This document shows, in pieces, positions 1 to 8,335 of a stretch of DNA of 10,145 nucleotides (within the stretch, counting starts at the first letter, position 1; the number at the start of each line of letters is the position of its first letter). Location: positions 1-10,145 of the forward strand of contig NW_021827611.1 in the NCBI RefSeq assembly GCF_006345805.1. Direction: 5' to 3'. This stretch comes from Octopus sinensis (Eukaryota). The translations under genes and the position numbers were made by a program. Below the pieces are notes generated by a model, which made no database searches, was not told where the DNA came from, and worked only from the letters and a program-made list of their open reading frames with translations.

Positions 1-308
1 AGGTAAACAACAGGAAATACGAAATACGAAAATATGGAATACGAACTTTTTTGCGAACAGCGAAAGAAACAATATTATCGATAATGCCCGAAATTGCGTT
101 TGACTCCTCTTGCTGATAACTGATGAAGAATTTGTGACCTTGTGTGTTTTCTGTTCGCCTGTGCATTTAGTATGTGTTCGTTTGTTTATTTACAATACGT
201 TTATTTTTAATTATATATATATAGATATGTCATATTTTCCGTTTGTTCTCTTTTTATTTAATCCTGAAGATATTATTTATGTAACGCACGCACTCATTAA
301 TCTTTTAC
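1..308. repeat. Probable interspersed repeat fragment of unknown class, running off the window start
   Basis: Short internal repeats GAAATAC/GAATAC at 14-43; ends at a (TA)/(TG) microsatellite. Recalled as a recurrent octopus repeat but not verifiable here. Confidence 0.3.
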
Positions 309-309
309 C

Positions 310-391
310 TATATATATATGTGTGTGTGTGTGTGTTGTGTATGTGTGCGTGTGTGTGTGTGTGTGAGTGTGCGCGCGTGTGTGTGTGTGT
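310..391. repeat. Compound (TA)n/(TG)n microsatellite
   Basis: Directly visible dinucleotide runs. Confidence 0.95.
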
Positions 392-449
392 AGTTCAAAT
401 TTACAGAAAACAAACGACGAAGACAGGTGAAAGAACAAGCAGAGTTTGA

Positions 450-549
450 AGGTTTTTTAGTTATAGAAATCGACCCCAGGACTTACTCTTTGGAACCCTA
501 GCACTTATTCTATCGGTTTCTTTTTCCAAAACGCTAAGTTACGGGACGT
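450..549 (-). mobile_element. 3'-body fragment of the main tRNA-SINE family
   Basis: Reverse complement reads ACGTCCCGTAACTTAGCG...ACCGATAGAATAAGTGCTAGG...AAGTCCTGGGGTCGATTT, which aligns to 4685-4770 of the full-length copy. Confidence 0.85.
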
Positions 550-550
550 G

Positions 551-596
551 TATATATACATATATATATAATATATATAATATATATATATATATA

Positions 597-682
<86 letters not shown>
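551..682. repeat. (TA)n microsatellite, ~130 bp
   Basis: Directly visible. Confidence 0.97.
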
Positions 683-684
<2 letters not shown>

Positions 685-913
685 CGTAGGAGTGACTGTG
701 TGACAAGAAGTTTGCTGCCTGGTCACTAGGTCAAATAGATTTGGACGATGGAAACTGAAAAAAGCCCGTCGTATATACGTGTTTGTGGGCCGGAGGGGGC
801 TAGCTTCGTGCTTGTCCCAGACAACTGCTTGTTGACTTCCTTTCCATCCCCGCAACTTAGAAGTTCGACGAAATTAACCGATAGAATATGTCGAATGACT
901 GAGACAAGTAAAT
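683..913 (+). mobile_element. Degenerate, internally deleted copy of the main tRNA-SINE family
   Basis: Starts GGCGTAGGAGTGACTGTGTG (cf. 4466). Contains GATTTGG..GGAAACTG and ACTTAG..GTTCG..ACCGATAGAATA, and ends AATGACTGAGACAAGTAAA (cf. 4808-4827). Confidence 0.85.
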
Positions 914-1074
914 GTTTTTTTTAGATATATCGTAGTAATATCTAATGTAGTTGTGGTTTACGACCAGTCAGGACGTTACCATTGGTTTCACACTTTTTAT
1001 ACTCTTAGCAATATAGACGTCTCCCACTGCTAAGAACGTAAAAGGCGCGAAAGCAATGGTGACTCCCTGACAGG

Positions 1075-1123
1075 CCATACCAGCCACATAGTTTCGGGTT
1101 CATTCACACTGCGTGGCACCTTA
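1075..1123 (+). mobile_element. SINE head fragment (B-box region)
   Basis: CCAGCCACATAGTTTCGGGTTCATTCACACTGCGTGGCACCTT matches 4502-4544 (CCAACCACATGGTTCCGGGTTCAGCCCCACTGCGTGGCATCTT). Confidence 0.75.
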
Positions 1124-1154
1124 GAACCTAGGGTTGGATTCAAAATTCTACCAG

Positions 1155-1200
1155 GACACCTGATGAAGGCTGGAGAGTAAATCAGCCGAAATTTTGTGGT
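1155..1200 (+). ncRNA. Decayed minimal type I hammerhead ribozyme motif
   Basis: CTGATGA (1160-1166), extra A, perfect stem II GGCTG/CAGCC (1168-1172/1183-1187), GAAA (1188-1191), U16.1-H17 = TT (1194-1195), stem I CAC/GTG (1157-1159/1196-1198). Stem III reads ATTT and is not self-complementary, so this copy is probably inactive. Confidence 0.6.
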
Positions 1201-1791
1201 AGCAACAAACAAGATGAGGACAAATATCCGTCCAATGTAAAAAATGTAAATATTGTACAGAATTCCTCATCTCTAAAATATAGAACAATTTATGATTGTT
1301 TCAAAAATTCCATGTTGACTTAATCTTGCATTGTGTTTTTAAACGACTCCACAATTAATGATGTAGTCATATCCGTTGTACAGGTACCCCGTTCATAGAA
1401 ATGATCCCTCGCAACTCTCTACAAAAAATAATATGCTGAAGTGTTTGTCTACCGCTTAAATATAAGACATTAATCAATGTTTATAGTGGACGGCACAGCG
1501 GTCACGTTTATAAACATGATTGAAGATAAGTCAAAATGAATTTGTAGAAATAATTGTAAACTATGAAACAAAAATAATAACGCAAACTCCACTTTTCAGT
1601 GCTTATTACTTCTGTAACCTCTCAGAGGAAACATGACTCTTCCTTCACTCCTCTCCACCCTTCATTTATGGTTTGAGAATAATTCTATAATTGTTGTAAA
1701 CTGGAATGGAACTTACTCTCTTTCTGCTCACATCCATTCACCATTTAATGCTACTTGCTTTGCATCTTTTAGAGAGATAGATTAGATATAA

Positions 1792-2189
1792 CTAGCAGTA
1801 TCGCCCGGCGTTGCTCGGGTTTGTAAGGGAAATAACTATATAAGCATTTTTAGAGAGTTATAGCCAAAAAATAGCCAAAAAAATGCATTAAAAATGGAAA
1901 AAAATGATGGTAAATTTTTTTTTAAATCGTTGACTCATCGTAGACATTTTTAGAGAGTTACTTCCCTTATATAATAGCAAAAAAAATGCATTAAAATGGA
2001 AAAAAATGATGGTAAATTTTTTTTAAATCGTAGACTCATCGTAGACACGCGCTAATACCCAGAAGGGCTCGATATGAATCACGACTATAAGATACCTGGT
2101 TTTGGTTAAACTGCACCGCAAAATGTGGGAGTAGTTAGGAATCTAAATCGTAGGAGACAGACACACAACCTCTCTTTTATATATAAAGA
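1792..2189 (-). mobile_element. Complete non-autonomous Helitron (~400 bp)
   Basis: On the minus strand it starts TC (2189-2188) after an A and ends CTAG (1795-1792) before a T, i.e. an A|T target with no TSD. A GC-rich hairpin CCCGAGCAACGCCGGG (1804-1819) lies 8 nt upstream of the CTAG. The 5' end is TCTTTATATATAAAAGAG. These are canonical Helitron termini. Confidence 0.88.
1845..2046. repeat. ~100-bp tandem duplication inside the Helitron
   Basis: 1845-1944 and 1945-2046 share CATTTTTAGAGAGTTA...AAAATGCATTAAAA..GGAAAAAAATGATGGTAAATTTTTT..TAAATCGT.GACTCATCGTAGAC. Confidence 0.92.
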
Positions 2190-2247
2190 TAAACTCAAAG
2201 AGCAACTAGAAAGTGAAAGTAGTATCTAACTTAGGATGTCTCATAGA

Positions 2248-2650
2248 TAGTGGTGGCAATGGTGTTGGAGGTGGTAGATGTGGTTATCATGGCAGTGGTG
2301 GTGGTGGTGTAGTGGTGACAGTGGATGTGTATGATGGCAGCAATTATAGTGTTGGTGTTTTTGTAGAGGTGGTGGTGGTGGCGGCGGCAGTGGATGATAA
2401 TGATAATGATGATGATAGTAGTAGTAGCATTGATTATGTTAGGATATCTCATGGATGGTAGTGTTGAAGACATTGCAGAGTGTAGTGGTGGTGAAATTGG
2501 TGATTTTGAATATGATGCTGGTATTGATCTTGGGGTTGTGGTTGCAGAAGATGGTGTTGTGGTGGTGGCATTGGAGGTTGTAGTAATGGTTAGTGGTGGT
2601 TGTGAAGCTGATTCTGATATTGATAGTCTTTGCATTGAGGTGGTGGCAGA
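2248..2650. repeat. Degenerate trinucleotide low-complexity tract (GGT/GAT/TAG)
   Basis: Runs of GGT, GAT and AGT. Overlapping low-complexity ORFs occur on both strands. Confidence 0.85.
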
Positions 2651-3074
2651 GTCAGTAAATAATAAGAGCCCAGTTAACACAAGATTCTTAAATTTCGGAG
2701 ATCATAAGATAGAGAGCAAGAAGTTAAAAGTTCCAATACTGGCCCAATACCTACACCCCAGATTCTTCAACTATTTTATAAGAAAGGGGTTAATGGCAGG
2801 ATAGGGATTCAGCTTTAAAATAAATTGTATAACAAAAAATACATAAATAAATTACTGCTCCAACGATGTAATTTTAGTATGTGTGTATGTATGTGTGTGT
2901 GTGTGTAAGCAATGCAAACAATGGAAAATAATTTAAACACTCATTTTCTGATGTCTAAGGATGGATATTTATGCGTATGAATCTTTTTCTTTTTATATTC
3001 TTTCAAAATAATTCTAGGGAACTGAAAAAGCTGTGTACGATGCCAAGCGAATTTAGCTATTTACGATGAACGGA

Positions 3075-3151
3075 TGTTTACGTTACAAACGAATCTCTAG
3101 GTCTGTTTACATGTTTACGTTAACTACGTCGCAAAATAGCTGTTTACGTCA
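3075..3151. promoter_or_regulatory. Cluster of four TGTTTAC (forkhead/FoxO-type) motifs plus a TTACGTCA bZIP-like site
   Basis: TGTTTAC at 3075, 3104, 3112 and 3141, all in the same orientation; TTACGTCA at 3144-3151; CpG-rich non-repetitive context. Confidence 0.35.
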
Positions 3152-3368
3152 CAGTAACAATATTTTGAGAGGCAGTAAATAATATGAGGTCGAAAGAAAG
3201 AATACCATTGGTTAAAATTCGAATTATTAAACAACGTTAAACTTAGAAATTACAATTCCGTTTTCATTTTGGTTTACAATTATGTTTTCTTTTGACACAT
3301 ACTACCAGTATACGAAGTTTCAAATTGTTTAGTTAACTAGGAAAATCTGGCCTTCAAACTGAAAAGAT

Positions 3369-3900
3369 CCAGATTTTCTAACTAGAAAAGGGTATGACCT
3401 GGTCAGTCTGTAATGACATGCATAAGATCTGGTCATCAAATCTAATTAGAGACTTCAAACTTGAAATCTTCAAAGCCACAGTCGAACTAATTCTACTATA
3501 TGGCTCAGAAACCTGGACGTTATCAAAGAAGCTTGAGAGGCGGTTGGATGGAACCTACACTCGCTTCCTTATGAGAGCTCAAAATCTCTCGTGGAAGCGC
3601 CATCCAACCAAAATGCAAATATATGGGAAACTACCACCTGTGTCATATCTTGTGAAAGGTAGAAGAGTCCAGTTTGCTGGACATTGTTGTAGAGCTGAAA
3701 AAGAGGTAATTTCTACTCTTCTCCTCTGGAAGCAATCTACTCGCAATACCAGAGGGCGCACTCTCTCCTACCCTGATGTAATCTCCAGGGATACAGGCAT
3801 CAAGCAACAGGACCTTCGTAATGCCATGATGGATAGTGAAGTCTGGCGTAACATAGTAAATTCCATTGTCTTGACCACGGTCGAACAATGAATGAACGAA
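3369..3900 (+). mobile_element. 5'-truncated RTE-clade non-LTR retrotransposon, 3' end
   Basis: The ORF carries YGSETW, L..RLDG...R.L.R and QFAGHCCR motifs typical of the post-RT C-terminus of RTE-type LINEs. The stop at 3889-3891 runs into a short ATGA-like tandem tail. An apparent frameshift lies just upstream of 3394. Confidence 0.85.
3394..3891 (+). pseudogene. C-terminal remnant (165 aa) of an RTE-type LINE reverse transcriptase polyprotein
   Basis: Uninterrupted 165-aa frame with LINE C-terminal motifs. The RT catalytic core and endonuclease are absent. Confidence 0.8.
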
Positions 3901-4118
3901 GGTGTATAGACACACCCACATAGATGCACGCATAAGCATATATTAAAGGGCATAATTAAGACAGTGTGAATTAACGGCTGATAATTAACGGCGGAAAGTA
4001 AATGAGTCAAATGTGATAAATGCATGTTAATTAAAATCTGAACAATTCAAATTAAAATAAAATTTCCAAAGTGATTCACAAAACTATAGATGTTACTGCG
4101 AAGTGGGTGGGCTGTTTC

Positions 4119-4146
4119 TTGTTGTTGTTGTTGTTGTTGTTGTTGT
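4119..4146. repeat. (TTG)n microsatellite
   Basis: Directly visible. Confidence 0.95.
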
Positions 4147-4296
4147 AGGACCAGATGTAATAAAGTGTGCAACTTTTATTTACTAAAGCTTTTTGTCTAC
4201 GAGGCTTCTCATTATAATGATGGAAAAAGCAACAAAGTGAAGAAATAAGTATATATGAAAGGGTGAGAGAATACATGCACATTAACACACATGTAT

Positions 4297-4303
4297 GGGT
4301 GTG

Positions 4304-4347
<44 letters not shown>

Positions 4348-4368
4348 ATATATATATATATATATGTG

Positions 4369-4410
<42 letters not shown>

Positions 4411-4414
4411 TATA

Positions 4415-4464
<50 letters not shown>

Positions 4465-4465
4465 A
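4297..4465. repeat. Compound (TA)n/(TG)n microsatellite
   Basis: Directly visible. Confidence 0.97.
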
Positions 4466-4846
4466 GGTGCAGGAGTGGCTGTGTGGTAAGTAGCTTGCTA
4501 ACCAACCACATGGTTCCGGGTTCAGCCCCACTGCGTGGCATCTTGGGCGGGTGTCTTCTGCTACTATAGCCCCGGGCCGACCAATGCCTTGTCAGTAGAT
4601 TTGGTAGACGGAAACTGTCTATATATGTGTGTGTATGTGTGTTTGTCCCCCTAGCATTGCTTGACAACCGATGCTGGTGTGTTTACGTCCCTGTCACTTA
4701 GCGGTTCGGCAAAATGAGACCGATAGAATAAGTACTGGGCTTACAAAGAATAAGTCCCAGGGTCGATTTGCTCGACTAAAGGTGGTGCTCCAGCATGGCC
4801 GCAGTCAAATGACTGAAACAAGTAAAAGAGAAAAAGAGTAAGAGTA
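4466..4846 (+). mobile_element. Full-length tRNA-derived SINE (octopus-type), ~380 bp
   Basis: Pol III A box TGGCTGTGTGG (4476-4486), B box GGTTCAGCCCC (4519-4529), internal TA/TG tract, conserved 3' body and AAAGAG-repeat tail. Several other partial copies occur in the window. Confidence 0.93.
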
Positions 4847-4874
4847 TATATATGAAATAAATCCACCTCCCCCC

Positions 4875-5062
4875 AAAAACGAAGAAGAACAAACACGAAA
4901 AGCAACAAACGCTAGGAAGTGGTACATGTAAAGTATTAAGCAGACACTCAAGGAAGGAAAGAAAGATGGTTTAACGTTTCGAGCAACGTTCTTCATCAGA
5001 AACAGAGGAAAGTCGAATAGAAAGGAAGACGGAGGAAAAAATCGCCTACGATTCACATGTGG
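4875..5062 (-). mobile_element. Short hammerhead-bearing repeat (Penelope pseudo-LTR-like / retrozyme-like fragment)
   Basis: Contains the minus-strand hammerhead at 4969-5003 and is wedged between a SINE tail and a (TA)n tract. Boundaries are approximate. Confidence 0.5.
4969..5003 (-). ncRNA. Minimal type I hammerhead ribozyme with palindromic ACGU stem III
   Basis: Minus strand reads GUUU-CUGAUGA-A-GAAC-GUU-GCUC-GAAA-CG-U-U-AAAC. Stem I GUUU/AAAC is perfect and the core CUGAUGA/GAAA/UH is intact. Stem II has 3 of 4 pairs (one A.C mismatch). Confidence 0.72.
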
Positions 5063-5063
<1 letters not shown>

Positions 5064-5115
<52 letters not shown>

Positions 5116-5117
5116 TA
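5064..5117. repeat. (TA)n microsatellite
   Basis: Directly visible. Confidence 0.95.
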
Positions 5118-5269
5118 CGACAGGCTCCTTTCAGTTTCCGTCTACCAAATCCACTCACAAGGCTTTGGTCAGCCCGAGGTTATAGTAGAAGACACTCGCC
5201 CAGGTGCCACGCAGTGGGACTAAACCCGGAACCATGTGGTTTGTAAGCAAGTTACTTACCACACAGCCA

Positions 5270-5272
<3 letters not shown>
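5118..5272 (-). mobile_element. 5' half of the main tRNA-SINE family
   Basis: Reverse complement GAGTGGCTGTGTGGTAAG...GGTTCCGGGTTTAGTCCCACTGCGTGGCACC...GGTAGACGGAAACTGAAAGG matches 4474-4617. Confidence 0.92.
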
Positions 5273-5365
<93 letters not shown>

Positions 5366-5383
5366 TTGTGTGTATGTATGTAT
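5273..5383. repeat. Compound (TA)n/(TG)n microsatellite
   Basis: Directly visible. Confidence 0.95.
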
Positions 5384-5386
5384 CAT

Positions 5387-5474
5387 TAGTACTTATTCTA
5401 TTGGTCACTGTTGCCGAACCGCTATGTTACTGGGAAGTAAATGAACCAACACCTGCTGTCAAGTGGTGGTAGGG

Positions 5475-5481
<7 letters not shown>
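5387..5481 (-). mobile_element. Middle fragment of the main SINE family
   Basis: Reverse complement contains CTTGACAGC.GGTGTTGG, AGCGGTTCGGCAA and AATAGAATAAGTACT, matching 4640-4736. Confidence 0.85.
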
Positions 5482-5511
<30 letters not shown>

Positions 5512-5513
<2 letters not shown>

Positions 5514-5838
5514 AGTAGGAGCTCCGAAAGGGGTCTCATGGGGTAGCGCCCCAGCCTTCATGAGCTAGTTTTCCACCACATTTCTTAAAAGTCGTGGTAG
5601 GGGGCTTGCTCTCAGGACCACCCATTTTTAGAAACTGAGGTTGGGGTAAGCAAGGTCATGTTCCCCGTAAAAAATCCAGCTCCAAAAAAGCCTCTTGATA
5701 GAAAAGGAGAATGGGCACCAACCAGCCCAAAGTTTGGGGTGGGCTGCACCTGCCTAACTCATTTGCTATGGCATTGAGGTATATCTGTTCACCCCCTTTC
5801 ACGGGTACAAAATCACTATTTAAAACAATGGATGATGA
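5512..5838 (+). mobile_element. Probable RTE-related non-autonomous repeat / 5'UTR-like remnant
   Basis: GGTTGGGGTAAGCAAGG...CCCCGTAAAAAA resembles the motif I recall from RTE 5'UTRs. GC-rich island ending in a GATGATGA tail. Confidence 0.4.
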
Positions 5839-5839
5839 C

Positions 5840-5887
5840 ATACATATGTATATATATATATATATATAATATATATATATATATATA
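5840..5887. repeat. (TA)n microsatellite
   Basis: Directly visible. Confidence 0.93.
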
Positions 5888-5890
5888 GTA

Positions 5891-6047
5891 CCGGTTTCTT
5901 TCAGTTTCCATCTACCAAATCACCTCACAAGGATTTAGTCGGACCGAGCTATAGTAGAAGATACTTGCCCAAGGTGCCATGCAGTGGGACTGAACCGAGA
6001 ACCATAGTCTTTGGTGAGCAAGCTTCTCACCGCATAGCCATGCCTGC
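5891..6047 (-). mobile_element. 5' half of the main tRNA-SINE family
   Basis: Reverse complement GCAGGCATGGCTATGCGGTGAGAAG...GGTTCAGTCCCACTGCATGGCACCTTGGGCAAG...GGTAGATGGAAACTGAAAG, with A and B boxes recognisable. Confidence 0.9.
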
Positions 6048-6077
6048 GAGAATGCTTATTTATTATGTATATGGCCA

Positions 6078-6149
6078 TTATTTGCTTTAGTGATTAGACT
6101 GTGGCCATGCTGGAGCACCGCTATGAAGGGTTTTAGTCGAAGCAATCGA
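6078..6149 (-). mobile_element. 3'-end fragment of the main SINE family
   Basis: Reverse complement TCGATTGCTTCGACTAAAA..GCGGTGCTCCAGCATGGCCACAGTC matches 4763-4806. Confidence 0.85.
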
Positions 6150-6160
6150 AGATGAGTACA

Positions 6161-6238
6161 AGGGTCGATTTGTTCGAGAAATGTCCTGCAAAGCGGTGCC
6201 CCGTCATTTCCGCTGCACAAGGACTGCCGGAAGGGAAA
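6161..6238 (+). mobile_element. Diverged 3'-end fragment of the main SINE family
   Basis: AGGGTCGATTTGTTCGA...AGCGGTGCCCC..CAT..CCGC.G..CAA.GACTG matches 4759-4820. Confidence 0.7.
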
Positions 6239-6240
6239 TG

Positions 6241-6335
6241 TACACACATACATACAAACATACATACATACATACTTACATACGTACATACATACATGCA
6301 TACATACATACATACATACACACATACTTACATAC

Positions 6336-6366
<31 letters not shown>

Positions 6367-7165
6367 CACACACACATACATGTATACATACATACATACA
6401 TACAAAGATACATACATACATACATACATACATACGTACGTACATACATACGTGTATACATACTTACATACATACGTACATACATACATACATACGTACG
6501 TACATACATACATACATACATACATACATACATACATACACAGACACATACATACATACATACATACATACATACATACATACATACATACATACATACG
6601 TACGTAATGTACATACATACATACATACATACATACATACATACATACATACATACATACATACATACGTACGTACATACATACATACATACATACGTAC
6701 ATACATACAAGCATACATACATACATACATACGTACGTACATACATACATACATACATACATACATACATACACAGACACATACATACATACATACATAC
6801 ATACATACATACATACATACGTACGTACGTATGTACATACATACATACATACATACACACATACATACATACACACATACATACGTACATACATACATAC
6901 ATACATACGTACACACATACATACATACATACATACAAACATATATACATACATACATACACACACACATACATACATACATACATAATACATACATACG
7001 TGCATACATACATACGTATATATGTATGTATGCATGTGTGTATAAATGTGCGTGCATGTATGCTTCTGTATGTTTATATATATACACGCACACACATACG
7101 TATATACATATACGTATGTACGTGTGTGTTTGTGCGTACATATGCTTGTGTGCGTGCGTATGTGT
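6241..7165. repeat. Large (ACAT)n tetranucleotide array with ACGT/AGAC variants, switching to (ATGT)/(GT)-type repeats after ~7020
   Basis: Directly visible. It accounts for all the HTYI/MYVC ORFs. Confidence 0.97.
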
Positions 7166-7486
7166 TGTACTTGAACTCCTGTTTGTTAAACAGAATTAAA
7201 TATTTTTATAAGGATCCTTATCTTCCATAGTCTATCAAATAGTATCTGGCTTTACATGTGATTAAGTAGGTAAACATAAGACGGTGTTTGTTTAAAGAAG
7301 ATTTCGACGTGCTTTGCGTCGTTAGATAAACAGATAGATATATAAGCGTATAGAAATAAGGTTTAGAAAGTATTCAAGATAGGGAATTAATCTGAGAGTA
7401 GATGTAAAGATTTTAAATTTATTTTCAATGTGGAAGAGAATGTTGTATCCGTCTTCTGACTGATATCTGGTCCGAATGTTTGGCTA

Positions 7487-7498
7487 CAAAATGGCGGC
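7487..7498 (+). promoter_or_regulatory. YY1-type motif CAAAATGGCGGC in a CpG-rich patch
   Basis: Matches the YY1 consensus AANATGGCGGC and overlaps ATG GCG GCC at 7491. Confidence 0.35.
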
Positions 7499-7788
7499 CG
7501 TCTATTGCTTGCTTCACCAGCCCGCACCGAGAGAAAGCCTATTATTTCTGTTAAAATATCTACCACCCAAGAACAGGAAAGGTGCGCCACCCCTTTCTAC
7601 CCACACCGAGAAAGCTCTCATCGCAGACGTCGCAAGCGTGACTGAAACATCTTGTAATTTTCTGTTTATCTGTGACAATATATTCCAATAAATATATTTT
7701 TTTGATAAGCTGGAAGCATATGTACGTGTGTCTGAATGTGTCCATGTGCGCGTGTTAATGTATCTGTATTAATATAAATATAAATATT

Positions 7789-7888
7789 CATATATATATA
7801 TATATATATATATAGATAGATAGATATGTGTGTGTGTGTTTGTGTGTGTGTGTATACATAGATATATACATATGTACATATGTATATT

Positions 7889-7919
<31 letters not shown>

Positions 7920-7968
7920 ACATACATATATATGTATCTCTCTCTTACTCTCTATCTCTCTCTCTCTC

Positions 7969-8001
<33 letters not shown>

Positions 8002-8051
8002 ACATACATATATATGTATCTCTCTCTTATTCTATATCTCTCTCTCTCTAT

Positions 8052-8100
<49 letters not shown>

Positions 8101-8107
8101 CATATAT
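7789..8107. repeat. Compound TA/TG/TC microsatellite with an internal ~82-bp duplication
   Basis: TACATACATATATATGTATCTCTCTCTTA occurs at 7919 and 8001. Confidence 0.93.
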
Positions 8108-8335
8108 AAAACAAAGCAAAGTTGTAAGGTAGGGCACGAGTGGAAATGTATATATGAAAGCTTTACATTTTACTTTTGAGAATCTTTTTCTAAAAAAGTG
8201 AAACCGGTCAAGTGAATAAATATCTTTAACATTGCATTTTCAAATCTTCTTTCAAACACACACTCACACACGCAGACACACACACACACATATATATATT
8301 CATGATTTGCCAAAAATCACCTGGCAGTAAATCTA

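Noticed and set aside
120-170. CTGATGAAG as a fourth hammerhead core
   Set aside because: There is no stem II and no downstream GAAA.
262-292. CCTGAAGA...GTAACGC as a hammerhead remnant
   Set aside because: GAAA is replaced by GTAA and no convincing stems form. At best it is heavily decayed.
2213-2804. Gly/Val/Asp- or Thr/Ser/His-rich ORFs (mucin-like)
   Set aside because: Open frames on both strands arise from stop-poor trinucleotide repeats. There is no recognisable domain or splice evidence.
3312-3901. ACGAAG as the target-site duplication of the RTE fragment
   Set aside because: It is only 6 bp, is not at the apparent 5' junction, and could easily arise by chance.
5591-5670. Intact HDV-like or twister ribozyme
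   Set aside because: P1 is mismatched, P1.1 GG and the J4/2 catalytic C context are missing, and twister consensus elements are not found on either strand.
6056-7230. Long ORFs up to 349 aa (HTYI / MYVC repeats)
   Set aside because: These are translations of the (ACAT)n microsatellite.
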